DNA of 63,336 nucleotides, the filler included, from Lenisia limosa (taxonomy: Eukaryota > Protista > Breviatea): assembly GCA_001655205.1 (NCBI GenBank). It is 17 parts of 17 records of this genome, joined end to end, with 100 filler letters (N's around TTAATTAATTAA, not from the genome) between each part and the next. Parts side by side here need not be neighbours in the genome. Positions count along the whole stretch, not along the records: positions 24,059 to 26,235 come from LPNZ01005738.1; positions 26,336 to 35,717 come from LPNZ01003595.1; positions 35,818 to 37,222 come from LPNZ01010836.1; positions 37,323 to 38,869 come from LPNZ01001455.1; 13 more parts are not named here. One strand, given 5' to 3'. Below are positions 24,911-37,519 of this stretch, piece after piece. The notes beneath the pieces were generated by a model. That model ran no database searches, was not told where the DNA came from, and worked only from the letters and a program-made list of their open reading frames with translations. Numbering within the stretch: the first letter of the stretch is position 1; every line of letters starts with the position of its first letter. Position numbers and translations under genes: made by a program.

Positions 24911-26235
24911 GACTGGTAAGTTACACGAGGCCCTTTCATCTGTCAACGCTGCTCTGAGCCACCTGCAGGACGATAGTTGGGGGGTGGGGTAAATATCATG
25001 GTGATAGTGAGATACCACGTTTTTTTGAAAAAGAAATAATATTCTATCATATAATACCATTCAACACCTAGGGGGAAATGAATACATAAGGAACGTCTTT
25101 GTAGTGATGATTCAGAAGTTCTTTTGATTATTAATCTTAACCACCATTACACTTGTAGAAAATCATATTTTCAATAAGATCAACCATATCCTGTTTATAC
25201 AAATCCATTTGATGTCGAGATTGATTGCCATTACACTTGTAGATCCAACTCCTGCCATTTCGAGAGCTATGGCCACCTCCTGTGCCTACAAGGCCTGTAT
25301 TGCGGCCTTGATCGAAATGAAAACTGCCAGTGGGTGTGGGTTTATACTTTAGAATTGTCGATTGGATAACCAATTAGCAAAATAGCACACGTACATACTC
25401 CTTCATTTATCTGACCATCAATCCCCTATTCTCCCCGGTTCATCTAACGTCCTTCAGACCCGAAGCGACTTGCTATTCTGTCCTTGATGACCACGTCTCT
25501 GCCCCTCAAGCCAGCTCATAAGTTGGCAGCTGGGTTTTGTTCCTTTTTTGCTTGTTTGTTTTTTTTTTTTTCGTCTTTGCTTTAGTTATTGAAGTGATAT
25601 CGACAAAATTAGGACAAATCTCGGTCACAGTGTTTCTTTGCTAAATAAAAGTAACCCTTTTTAGAGTTTCGTGTTCGCGCCAAGCTATTCTCAATAACGC
25701 CCGAGCTGGGAATTGGGGAGTTGCGGGCCGCCTTCTGGAGGTGGGAGAGGAGAAGTCTTGAAATTGCTAATGGGGAGGACAGGTAAACGAAGATCACATC
25801 AGAGTTTCATAATCTCCATTTGGGCTTCCCTATGGTCTCAAAAAAACTGATTTTCTCGATAAATCCTCGATAAATATCGATATTTTACCAGTCTTTTTCG
25901 GACCGTAGGGAAGCCCTAATCGCCATACACTTCTGCATCACACCGCCCTCATACTCACTTTTTAGTCTTTGATTGCCTCAAAGCCCCCTGATGTTGCAAC
26001 CCTCGAAACTCAGCTTGAAGTGGGGGGCGTGGAGTTGAAATGATATAATATTTAGAAGAAGTTGATTGACCAAATTTGGAATCAAAATTCTGGAAAGAAG
26101 CTCTGTTTATCATATTTCAAATTTTGAGAATAGTCTCTCAAGTGCACGGAATCAATTTTGGTTCCTCCTGCTTGGCTGTGTTAAGCCTTTTTGTTTCATA
26201 AATTTTCCAATTTTACCCCCCCCCCCCAGGTTGCA
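24911..26235 (+). CDS. Partial gene, helical-repeat (TPR-like) protein
   Basis: Exons TGKLHEALSSVNAALSHLQD, DPKRLAILSLMTTSLPLKP, SRQAILNNARAGNWGVAGRLLE and APDVATLETQLE. Confidence 0.35.
25820..25918. mobile_element. MITE-A copy, subfamily 2 (GGGCTTCCCTA.GGTC)
   Basis: GGGCTTCCCTATGGTC...GGACCGTAGGGAAGCCCTA. Confidence 0.85.
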
Positions 26236-26796
26236 NNNNNNNNNNNNNNNNNNNNNNNNNNNNNNNNNNNNNNNNNNNNTTAATTAATTAANNNNNNNNN
26301 NNNNNNNNNNNNNNNNNNNNNNNNNNNNNNNNNNNTGATTGGAGTATGGAGGGAGAGCAAATTTTGAAACAAAAAACAAAGCCAAAAAGTAACACTGTTG
26401 GCATGTTACACTATAAACAGGTTTTAAGGATTCCTGTAGTGTGTGGGGAGGAAGTAAAATTCAAGCATTAAAACAAAATCGAGATAGAGATGATAAATAA
26501 GACCTGCAAAATATCGATAGTTTTCGAGGATTTATCGAGAAAAATATATATTTTTCTAACTGAAGTGAACCCCTGCTGTCAGTATTCGGCGGTTCCACTT
26601 TGTTTTGTTGTTTTTAATCCCCAGGGTTNNNNNNNNNNNNNNNNNNNNNNNNNNNNNNNNNNNNNNNNNNNNNNNNNNNNNNNNNNNNNNNNNNNNNNNN
26701 NNNNNNNNNNNNNNNNNNNNNNNNNNNNNNNNNNNNNNNNNNNNNNNNNNNNNNNNNNNNNNNNNNNNNNNNNNNNNNNNNNNNNNNNNNNNNNNN

Positions 26797-29700
26797 ATCT
26801 CACAAACACCCGGCCCTGAGCCGAAGTACCCGGGTAAACAAGGGGTACACCCAGATGCGGTCGTTTCGTATCCGGTTCGACAGATGCTAAAGAGCAGTAA
26901 AACAAAGAAAAGAAATGAGAGGGGGTGGACCATCACACTTCCAAGAGATATTGGATTATAGTAAAGTATATAGAGAAATAAAAGGTTGTTCACCCAATTA
27001 CACATCTAATTGTGTGTCACCAATGGAGATAAATATTGGTGCATTGAGTAAACCAACCAAGTTGATGCGGTGTCGTAGGGAGGGGAGGGGCTGCCACCAC
27101 CACACTTAAGAGTGAATCAGGAAATGATTTCTATTAATCGAAATATTGAATATCAAAGATATTGTGCATAAAAATCATTGACCTTTGATTGTATACTTGG
27201 AAAATCACATTCCTCCAACCTTCTTCACCGCAGTATCGGTGAATTGGTGATTTATAACCAAATATACCTAGGGCTTCCCTACGGTTCAAAAAAGACAATC
27301 GATATTTATCGAGTATTCCTTGAAAAACTCGGGATTTTTTTTGACAGTAGGGAAACCCTACATATACCCCGTATTAACGTGTTAATACGGCTTCGGCCAG
27401 ATACCCATTGGTTTTTCATATTATCCAAGGATTAATAGATAAATTCCGTCTTTCCAAGGACCTTTCCAATGAAACTTACCGAATCAACCACCCACATCCT
27501 TGTCAACCACCCACATCATTGTCAACCACCCACATCATTGTCAACCACCCACATCATTCTGCGTTGTGGAATTTGACATTGGGCAAAATCCGGAGGAGCA
27601 TTCCTATGTAGTGGTGAAATACGGAAACTATTTAGGGAAATGATTGACGAATTGTGTAGGTAAATGGTTAAAACATGACTCCAAAAAATGTAAGTAGATT
27701 CATAGTCGCCTACATAGCAGGTCTCATCAGAACCATAGAATCCTGGGGCACATGCAACACAGTTTTCACCAACACGCTTGAAGCCGTCGTTGCAGTTGCA
27801 GGCGTTGAACTTCGAATTTGCTCGCTCATTTGTCTTGTCACACTAGAGAAGGTGACATAAAGCTTCAGGTTTGGGCAAAATATAATTAGTGCATTGTCAA
27901 CAAATCCTCGATATAATACATGTAAATGCAAAACATATTTTATTTATGATACACTGCATATATTACAACAATCAGTTAAATGACGGAATTAATCAAACTT
28001 TAAGAGATAGGAAAATAAAATCCAAAATAACAAAAAAAAAGAATAAATTGAAAAAAAANNNNNNNNNNNNNNNNNNNNNNNNNNNNNNNNNNNNNNNNNN
28101 NNNNNNNNNNNNNNNNNNNNNNNNNNNNNNNNNNNNNNNNNNNNNNNNNNNNNNNNNNNNNNNNNNNNNNNNNNNNNNNNNNNNNNNNNNNNNNNNNNNN
28201 NNNNNNNNNNNNNNNNNNNNNNNNNNNNNNNNNNNNNNNNNNNNNNNNNNNNNNNNNNNNCTTCTCTTCACCTTTTCCTGACCGCATTAGCTATCAAAAA
28301 GGACGCACTGGCCCTGATGCCAAAAAAATACCTCTCGAAGATGGCTGCCCTGATCAATACTCCGGTTGACAATTTTCCCAGACCAACTGGTTCACGATCC
28401 TCACTGCCATTCGCAGTCGACAACACCAACGCTTTTCCCTCCCTGCCTACGAAGACTTACAATTTTTGAGCTCAAACTGTTTTCTTAATCATTTTTTAGC
28501 AATGCAGAGGATTATTCAACTACGTGGCACCTAGTATCTACCCTCATCAAGCGACGTGTAACATTCTTCAAGATGGCTGCAAATGCGATGCAAGGTATCA
28601 AGGTTGAGTTCTCACAAGGTTCAAACCTGATGGACTATGACGACGCCAAGTTGCTCATGGAACCACCCACCGTGCCCATGGGAGTGGTCCACAGAGAGGT
28701 GTGCTGGAAGAGAAACACCACCTTCTGTTGGCTGTCAACTATAAAGCAAGTTAGAGGGATACGGCTGTGTCTTCTGCTGTGAAGTAACAATGTGAAGTCG
28801 AGAATCAGTAGCGCTAAAGTTACTCTTCTTTGCATCTACAAGCTGCCATCTTCAAGAATGATGAAGCAACTAGTTGAACCGGTGGATCTTGATCAAAGTA
28901 GGCAGAGCTCATCATAGTAGTTGACCTCCCGCCAAGATGTTTCGATGGCTTACGAAAGCCTCGAAATTCGTAAGGCCTATTTTAATTCTAGGTTTTTTTT
29001 TTGATATGTTTATTTCTTTAAAGTAATGTTCAGGGGTGTGTGGCATCCCCTCGATGGGCACATTTCTCAGGATAACAATGTGCCACTTCCGTTGTTACCT
29101 GGTATAAAGGATCAAGAAGGCGGATGGCCACAAGGGTGCCCTTAAACTGTTGGTACTTGCTCAAGCAGATCCGCTGATCGAAGAAGGAGGGAGAAAAGAT
29201 CTGCTCGGAGAAGAAGGTCTTCAGTACCAGTCGCAAGCCTCCCCGACCGCCCTAACGTACAGTAAATGTTTTTGTAATCAAAACAAGATGACAATGTTGA
29301 AACAAAAGAGAGAGTTCAACTCGAGGGAGCGCGAAAGCGTGGCGGGATGTGTAGCAACTGCTATAGCTGTCTTCATGAACTATCTCTTTTTCCGCTCCCT
29401 TGAGACTATTTATTGCCCATCCGCAACGTTCTCGAATGAGTGTTTGGACACGTTCCAGAAGAACCTCTCCTTCCCACTGGATGTCATTCAAGGCCCTGTT
29501 CTGGAGGCAATGCGCTTCACAGACTCCAGCTACAGCAAGGAAAAGGGGGTGTATTGGGTTGTTTGAAACAACTAACAAGGGGAGGGGGTAAGAGCATCGT
29601 AATATAGTGTAAATATTACTAAAAAAAATGAGTGCCCGGATAGTTTGATCTTTGCTTTGTAACTATAACGACAAGGCGCTGAAAATTAAAAGTTGAAACT

Positions 29701-32700
29701 ACTTGGTGAACAAAAGTAAATAGTTGAGAAAATGATGAAGTTAAAAAAAACCAATTGACATAATGATCCTCTAAAAAAGAGGAGGTAATATAAAACGACA
29801 TACATAAGAATTAGAGACAAGCATTGTTTTAATATTTTGAAAAAGAAGTGTGCAAATAGAATCCACCTCAAAACCAAAATGTACCCACCCAATCAAGGCT
29901 CAAATAGACCCTATAAACACACAAACAGACACATGCATAAATAATAAGCTTTTTTTTGTGACGAAGAAACGTAACCGAAAAAACCGTAACCTAAACTAGA
30001 TTTTACAACTAGGAAAATTGATCAGTTCTTCCCGATCCCAGGAGTGACGCTTCAATAAATACCCCCAAACCAAGGTGCAATTAGAGGCCGGGATGATGCC
30101 ATTTGTAACACCGTCTGTACAAGACGAACAGGTCTGGTTGAACGCGAACATCCCCTCCGGACAGACTTCGCAGAGGGAAAATTTGGACAATCTTCCGTAG
30201 CCCGTTCGACAAACGCTTGAGTCAGTGAAAAAGAAAAACAAGGGTGGGTATAATTGGAAAATTTATGAAACAAAAACCCACAAATCAACTCTGTTGGCTG
30301 ACAACACACAAGGGTTGAGAACAGCAAAGCAAACAAAAAGGGGTGATGAATAGGTGAGCATTGGGGAGAATTTCAGACACTTGGAATGCTGCGGAAAGTA
30401 GAAGCGAGGGAAAACAAAAAAATTACTTCCACGAAGTTCTAATAATCCCACACCAGAATAATCATTGTTGAAAATGACACAAGTACCCTCTATAACCATT
30501 CAATGCCAAATGATATCATTTTCACATAATCCCACTCATACCACTCATTGTTTACAACATCAGCATTTCCTTGACACTAAGGGGGTAAGTAAACATGCAT
30601 CGATGTAGAAATGAAAATGTGTCATTATCAAAATTTGAACAATCCCAAAACACCCTTCTTATAGTAATGATAAGAGTAACATTTTGACCAACTTTACCAA
30701 AAAGATATTCAGTGACGGGATAAGCCTTGTCCAATTGGACTTGGGAAATCAATAAATCACATATCAAATCGGTCAAGACTTACCCCGGTCACTGTATACT
30801 TGCCCCCAAAACAAAACAACGACAAATTTGAGGAATAATTAATATCTACTCCCCCCCCCCCTCCAACCTTATCACAGTCGGAATGAGCGCCATTAGCCAT
30901 GTACTGAGCTGGACAAGGCACACACTCCTGGTTAAAGGAGTAGGTGGAACCGCTACATGGCTGACAAGAGGGTCCCCCGTAACCTGGTTGACACTCGCTG
31001 GGGGGAGGGGATTATAATTAGGGTTTCCCTATGGTCCTAAAAAAGACCGGTAAAATATCAAAATTTACTGAGGATTTATCGAGAAATTCAGTCTATTTTG
31101 GGACCGTAGGGAACCCTTGTCATATTTTTTTTATATCAAACTATACAATATGATATATAGTATATGGTAATGATATCTACTGTATGTAGAGATGGGAAAT
31201 AAACCAAGTTTGTACCTCGCTGAAGCCTTCCACGAATAAATTTAATTCACCCAATCATTTGCCTGATAATTCTGTGCACACAGCTTTTGTTAGCCTCCCC
31301 ACAAACCATAGGGAACTATCCGCATTCGGTTGTCTCGCAGGCCCACATTCCACACATGCTGACTGGGGTGGGAGTAAATTGGAAAATTTATGAAACAAAA
31401 AAAGCCCAAAATCAACTCTGTTGGCTGACTGTTGATAACAAAAACAACGCCCAGGTCAGTCGATTTTGAAGCACTGTGATCATTTGGGGGGGGGGGNNNN
31501 NNNNNNNNNNNNNNNNNNNNNNNNNNNNNNNNNNNNNNNNNNNNNNNNNNNNNNNNNNNNNNNNNNNNNNNNNNNNNNNNNNNNNNNNNNNNNNNNNNNN
31601 NNNNNNNNNNNNNNNNNNNNNNNNNNNNGGAGATTGAAAACATCCGAAGATCTCAGTCACAATGCTCTCAAGATCTGACCCCATGGTTTCAGCACTCTTA
31701 ACTCTACTACCAATTACCCCCTTTTTTTTAGATCTGTACTTTCTGTTTGTACCTCTAAAAATACTTATCAAAACATAAACCCTCTCCCAATCCCCCTCCC
31801 ACTCCAACCACTACCAAATTGCACAAAGACAATTTCCTCAACAACACCACTACCAAATTGCACAAAGACAATTTCCTCAACAACACCACTACCAAATTGC
31901 ACAAAGACAATTTCCTCAACAACACCACCACCAAATTGCACAAAGAAAATCTCCTGAACAACACCACCACCAAATGGCCACCACCAAATTGCATAAAGAC
32001 AATCTCCTCAACACCACTTACATATATTGCACAAAGACAATCTCCTCAACAACACCACTTATATTGCGCCATATTCTTCATCGAAATTTCCTCTGTTTTA
32101 CCCTCCCCCCTTCACCTGATCCGGAGAAGGAACCTGCGTTACGGAGCAAGCATTACACATCACATCTCCACGAATCCAATTACTGCTCGGGGGGCTTGGT
32201 GGCTGGAGTGGTTAGAAGAATGTGTAATTATCAATATCAATATGATACACAAAACATCCTATCAAATAACTAGCTATATGTAATTACTGTGTTAAATAAT
32301 TACTTTCGAGTCGAAGTGATGAACGAAGATAACAAAAGGGTTTATCCCGAGTGTATTATCATTGAGACTTGTTAAACACAAAGTGATATGATCTAGCAAT
32401 AGGGTTTACTTCTGGTTATTTTCACATAGTATGTGAACTATCATTTTCCGCGCAGTCATATGCTCATATCCACTCGTGTGAAATCTGACCTTTATGATCA
32501 AGGATTCAATAGAGAACTGCAAAAACAATCCCCAATAACACCCTTCTCGTACTTCGGTGCTGCAGACGACATAAAGGGGATTCGATGGGTCTTCGTCTAA
32601 ATCGTTATTAATTCTTAGAGTATTATTTCTTGTTCCTTCCTTTCCCCCTTTTTGCCTCTTTTTGCCTCTTTTTTTATACGCCTAATAGGTCACTGATGAG

Positions 32701-35307
32701 GGTACCCCCTCCCATCCACACACCTCTTCTACTAGTGCTCCCAGAGGGATCTGCCGCGAACGCCGGAGGTGCATCTGCAACTACAATATGAGTTAGGGGA
32801 GTAAAATGGGACAACTTTTGAAACAAAAAAAAANNNNNNNNNNNNNNNNNNNNNNNNNNNNNNNNNNNNNNNNNNNNNNNNNNNNNNNNNNNNNNNNNNN
32901 NNNNNNNNNNNNNNNNNNNNNNNNNNNNNNNNNNNNNNNNNNNNNNNNNNNNNNNNNNNNNNNNNNNNNNNNNNNNATATAAACTTACGGTGACGTCATC
33001 TTTTTACAACATTTTACGAGAATTTAACTAAAATTAATTGTTGTTCTAATAATAATTACTTTCTTAATCTAAATCACGCAAGCTACGCTCGTTTTTTGTC
33101 CTTCGACCGAGCCAGGTTTTCCAACCGCAACCTCCACCAGTGTTGTGAGGAGGTGTGACCATCAGCTCTATTATGTTTGACAAGTATTTCTCTGTGTTAC
33201 AATTATCTTCTTTTCCCCCAATTCCATTCATGAAACTGAACTCCGTTTCAACACCTTTAACGACATACATACATTTTATCTTATAGAATCCCCCACTCTC
33301 ACTAATTGTTTCCCACAGACTCCCCTCCCACTCCATTCGAAATCTGCAACGTCTCGATACATTCCGACCGGGCAACCTAGGTAATGTTAGATTGAATATA
33401 AAACAAGCGACAAGCTAGGTAATGTGAGGTTATAGAGTAGTAGTATTATATCATTTACGCTTTTTTTTGAATGAATATTACTAACCGAAATGTCGTGACA
33501 CGGGTATTGAGCTTTATCTTTAGTCAACCGTTTTGGCACTTATCTTGGTCAGTGTATAACCAAGGGATATGTCGTGACACGGGTATTTAGCGTTATCTTT
33601 AGTCAATCGTTTTGGGACTAATCGCGGTCACTGCATGTATATTACATAGGTACCTTGCCATTTATATAATTACATATCGATGTTGATTTGCACAGTGACC
33701 AGGGCATCGATGTGCACAGTGACCGGGATAAGTCCTAACCGATTTTGTTACGTAATTTCACAAGGAAAAAAGGTCAAGACATCACGCCTATACGAGATAT
33801 TATTATAGTATAATATTAATTCACCCAATCATTTGCCTTACAGCTCTGGGTACAGAGCTTTCTGTGAGCCTCCCAGCATACAAAATATATAGTATATTAT
33901 ATGGAATAATATGCATATAAATGATATATCCCCCCCCCCCCTACCTTCACAAGATGCCCCATTGAAGAACTGTCCGCCTGGGCAAAGGCTAAAAAGNNNN
34001 NNNNNNNNNNNNNNNNNNNNNNNNNNNNNNNNNNNNNNNNNNNNNNNNCGATATTAAGCTTTTCTTTAGTCAATCGTGTCAGGACTTATCATGGATATTG
34101 AGCTTTAACACGTTAAAATTCCCCTTGTACTTCAATAAATAGACGCTATTGCAGCCACACCCTCAAACCAAAATTTGTGCAGTTGAACGTGAGTAGCGCA
34201 CTGCGAATTTAGTTGTTGGGAAGATTGTTTTGATAAGAAGACAGCATATCATATCCATATCATATTGTATGTAAAAGTCGTTGGGAAAAGATCATTTTGA
34301 TAAGAAAAAGAAATATATTGCTACATGTACATGTATATCATAGTATGTGTACATAACTGAGGAAATCTAGTTAGCTGGATAAAGAGCGTTTTGATAACAG
34401 CAAATATCATATGACTCCGTCCCCTACCCCAACTGAACCCCCCCTTAATCCCGCCAATATTTGATCAATCATTATTAGGACTTCACTTCGGTTCGACAAA
34501 AGACTGAATTTAAATTCTCGAAAACTATCGATATATTACCGGTCATACCGCGTCACAAGTAGAGGGGGTTGAAACACCGTCACAAAGGGTGGCTACGCCA
34601 TTGACGCAAAAGAATCCCGTTGGACAGTCTGCATAAAGTCGAGTTAAATTGTAATAGGAAAACTATTCCGAGTGTATCAGAGTTTTCAGCTTTGTTGGCT
34701 TACCCACGGTCAATATAATATCATATCCCATCACTCAATATATGGCTTCCCTGTGGCACGAAAAAGACGGTCAAAATTTCGATATTTATCGAGGATTTAT
34801 CGAAACATTCAGTCTGTTTTTTAGGAGGAAATAGGGAAGCCCTAATTGTGAGAGGAAAACTATTCCCTATCAGAGATTTGAGCCTGATTTTTCTTTAAAA
34901 AAGGAGAGGAAAATTTTTCGTGTATGTAAGACCCTAAATTTGATAGTTAATCCAAAAAGTGAAAATCTTTAAGTTTAAAGCCTCAAAATGATGAATAACT
35001 AGGGCTTACCTACGATCCCCAAAAAGACCTAATTTCTCGACAAATCCTCGAAAAATATCGATATTTTACCGGAATGTTTTGGACCATAGGGAAACTCTAT
35101 GAATATACTCATTTGGCGGCTAAATTAATAATTTCCCTTAAGGACCACAAAACAAAAAAAAACAAATGATAAAAGCAAACCAAGGCAAGCAGGCAGCGGT
35201 TGAGCAGCGGGAATGGAGTGTATCAAATGATTCCGAGTTAAGGTGTTGAAGGAATGTGGGAACGACGGGGAGTTATAGGTTCCGTTGGGACAGTGGGTGA
35301 CCGTTGA
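26797..35307 (-). CDS. Large Cys-rich surface/secreted protein (furin/TNFR/GCC2-GCC3-like repeats), partial
   Basis: Exons CRTGYETTASGCTPCLPGYFGSG, CNCNDGFKRVGENCVACAPGFYGSDETC, CRTGYGRLSKFSLCEVCPEGMFAFNQTCSSC, ECQPGYGGPSCQPCSGSTYSFNQECVPCP, LCPGGQFFNGASCE and DCPTGFFCVNG. Introns are long and repeat-filled. Confidence 0.7.
27269..27360. mobile_element. MITE-A copy, subfamily 2
   Basis: TAGGGCTTCCCTACGG...GTAGGGAAACCCTA. Confidence 0.8.
27484..27558. repeat. 19-bp minisatellite
   Basis: TCAACCACCCACATCATTG x4. Confidence 0.9.
28285..29566 (+). other. GC-richer coding-like but broken segment nested antisense in an intron of the Cys-rich gene
   Basis: Long open stretches in changing frames (e.g. 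29150-29566, 138 aa) interrupted by stops, visibly higher GC than the flanks. No family recognised. Confidence 0.3.
30709..30796. mobile_element. MITE-B copy
   Basis: CAGTGACGGGATAAG...GGTCAAGACTTACCCCGGTCACTGTA. Confidence 0.75.
31019..31117. mobile_element. MITE-A copy, subfamily 2
   Basis: TAGGGTTTCCCTATGGTCC...GGACCGTAGGGAACCCT. Confidence 0.8.
31364..31465 (-). repeat. Family-C copy ending at an acceptor
   Basis: Reverse strand ..CAGCCAACAGAGTTGATTTTGGGC..TTTCATAAATTTTCCAATTTACTCCCACCCCAG, then exon SACVEC. Confidence 0.75.
31803..32050. repeat. 39-bp minisatellite
   Basis: CACCACTACCAAATTGCACAAAGACAATTTCCTCAACAA about x5-6, decaying rightwards. Confidence 0.9.
33130..33340 (-). pseudogene. 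Possible Tc1-like transposase relic
   Basis: GSLWETISESGG and DNCNTEKYLSNIIELMV loosely resemble the Tc1 segments GSVMVWGCIS.SG and MNS..Y..IL. It lies next to a cluster of MITE-B-type TIRs. Confidence 0.25.
33490..33781. mobile_element. Cluster of MITE-B-type TIRs, with a ~78-bp duplication and a copy truncated by a family-D repeat
   Basis: CTTATCTTGGTCAGTGTA, GACTAATCGCGGTCACTG, CAGTGACCAGG and CAGTGACCGGGATAAGTCC..AGGTCAAGAC. Confidence 0.65.
33781..33878 (-). repeat. Family-D copy
   Basis: Shares CAGAAAGCT..GTAAGGCAAATGATTGGGTGAATTAATATTATACTATAAT with the 1410-1540 copy. Confidence 0.75.
34476..35099. mobile_element. Cluster of three MITE-A copies (34476-34554 partial, 34742-34844, 35000-35099)
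   Basis: Same TIRs and internal CGATATTT/GAGGATTTATCGA core, in neighbouring introns of the Cys-rich gene. Confidence 0.75.
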
Positions 35308-35420
35308 CTGGGGGAGGGGGGTAAAATTTGGAAATTTATGAGAAAAAAAAGCCCAAATCAACTCTATTAGCTAACACACGAGGGTTGATAAAAACAGGCC
35401 AGTCGCTTCTGCAGCACCGC
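35308..35420 (-). repeat. Family-C full copy (Cys-rich gene intron)
   Basis: Reverse strand GCGGTGCTGCAGAAGCGACTGG..AATAGAGTTGATTTGGGC..CATAAATTTCCAAATTTTACCCCCCTCCCCAG, then exon. Confidence 0.8.
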
Positions 35421-35922
35421 ATCTCTAAAACACCAACACATACACAAAATGTTCCCTCTCAAACACCAACACACACAATTGCTTTACTCCCTTCAACCCA
35501 GGCCCACATCCACACTCTGCAGGCTTTCAAAGTCATAATAAACGTCAGTATCTGGGGTGTGAGATCATCATCACAACCCATAATTGTCATTATCGTAATA
35601 ATAATACACAAACACGTACATACTTACATACTTCATACATACAGACGAAATGTAAACTACACCACACTAAAATAAACCACGAATATCACCACCACCGTTA
35701 TTCCGTACCCCCCCCCCNNNNNNNNNNNNNNNNNNNNNNNNNNNNNNNNNNNNNNNNNNNNTTAATTAATTAANNNNNNNNNNNNNNNNNNNNNNNNNNN
35801 NNNNNNNNNNNNNNNNNGGAGATTCAACACCCTTCATACCACCGAAAATATTCTTCTCTTTCTATGTGAAGAGTTATTTATTACAATCCTATAATAAAAG
35901 ATATAAGATCTAGGCCACTCTC

Positions 35923-36254
35923 ACCTCATCGACAAGATCTGGCGCGCACACTCATCCAGTCCATAAACAGTCTCGCCAAAGCACTGGAAGGCTCTGTCCC
36001 ATGCGTCAACATGTCTCTTTTCATCATGTTCAATTTTCTTCTTCGNNNNNNNNNNNNNNNNNNNNNNNNNNNNNNNNNNNNNNNACTCTGGCTTGAAGAG
36101 CTGGTCCGGAACTTCCATCTTGAGTTTCCACTTCGGCTCTTATCTTCTCGTTTTCTTACTTCTGAAATAAATTGAAAATGAGCTGAAAGAAAGAGAAGGG
36201 AACTGTTGAAAATTCCAGCCAAAAGGAAAACTGCGCGTCAGGCTCCAGCGCCAT
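35923..36254 (-). CDS. 5' part of a hypothetical gene divergent from SmD1
   Basis: ATG at 36254 (MALEPDAQF..) and exon KIEHDEKRHVDAWDRAFQCFGETVYGLDECARQILSM ending at a GTGAG donor. Confidence 0.45.
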
Positions 36255-36307
36255 AGTATTTAAGTTTTTGATTTTTTTCAAAATTTTCTCTCAATCTCGC
36301 ATTAAAT

Positions 36308-36853
36308 ATGAAACTTGTCAGGTAGGGTAAAAACAAAAACATTTAAACATGCCTATTTTCCTCCAAACTTGAATAATGGCCTTTTTAGATTCCTTCGTAA
36401 GCTTGCCAACGAGTCATGCACAGTTGAGCTCAAGAATGGTACCAGTATCCACGGAACCGTTGTTGGTATGTTTCTCGAAATCTTGTTTTTGTTTTTTACG
36501 CTATTAGGTGTTGACTACACCATGAACACTCACATGAAGACTGTTAAGATGACATTGAAGGGTAGGTTCTTCACTTTTTCTGTTTTTCCTCTTTCTAATC
36601 CTCTAAGACAAGACCCCAGTCAACATTGACCATCTTTCCGTCAGAGGTTCTCAAATCAGGTTCGTTTAGCGGCAATAGTTTGTTTTTTTATCCATGTAGA
36701 TACGTGCTTATGCCTGAATCTGTGAATCTTGATCAGCTTTTGGTTGATGATAGATGCAAGAAGGCACTTCGTGGAAACAAGATCGAGGAAGGAGGCATTC
36801 CCTCTCGTCGTGGTATGCTTTGGACACCTCCAGTTGCTCCCTGGCCTATTTAA
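36308..36853 (+). CDS. SNRPD1: Small nuclear ribonucleoprotein Sm D1
   Basis: Spliced: MKLVR|[26 protein letters not shown]|[29 protein letters not shown]|[17 protein letters not shown]. The 3' end is uncertain. Confidence 0.9.
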
Positions 36854-37519
36854 ACGATATTGGAGATAAACACATCTAATTAGGGAAAATTGGAAATACT
36901 TCACTCTGTAACGGGAACAATATATTGGTGAGAGATCAACATATAGTTGGGGAAAGTCTTTAAACTGATGACGTTGTACCGGGGCAAGTCAAGGGCTAGT
37001 GTGCTCTTCTTGGTACTTTTTATAGTTGGGTTAGCTTACAAACAACCTTCACGTGAATGGATTCCCGAATGTTCTGCAATCATATTTCGCAACCCGCAAC
37101 TTGCTACAATCTAATTACAATATCGAATGCTAAAATATGAGGTTTTTTTTTTGCTGTTGTTTCATCAGTTTTTGTTACCCCAACCGTATTCTTGGCGGTG
37201 ACCTCCTCCCATTCTTTCACTCNNNNNNNNNNNNNNNNNNNNNNNNNNNNNNNNNNNNNNNNNNNNTTAATTAATTAANNNNNNNNNNNNNNNNNNNNNN
37301 NNNNNNNNNNNNNNNNNNNNNNTATACCTATTTTTAACTTCCCATTTCCACCTACTGAACACCCTTTGAATTACCTCTGACCCCCAGTCAAGACTTCACG
37401 TGGTGCGAAGTTTCCAAAGAACAACCAGAGACCTCTACCCCTTCATCATACAGGTATTGTGTTTGCTCTAATCTAGGCCAAACCCATGTCATGGGACAAA
37501 AAAATCCTCCAGGAAATCA

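Noticed and set aside
31819-32283. 154-aa ORF with HKDNFLNNTTTKL repeats
   Set aside because: The 39-bp unit is open in all three + frames, lies antisense in an intron and has no start or splice support.
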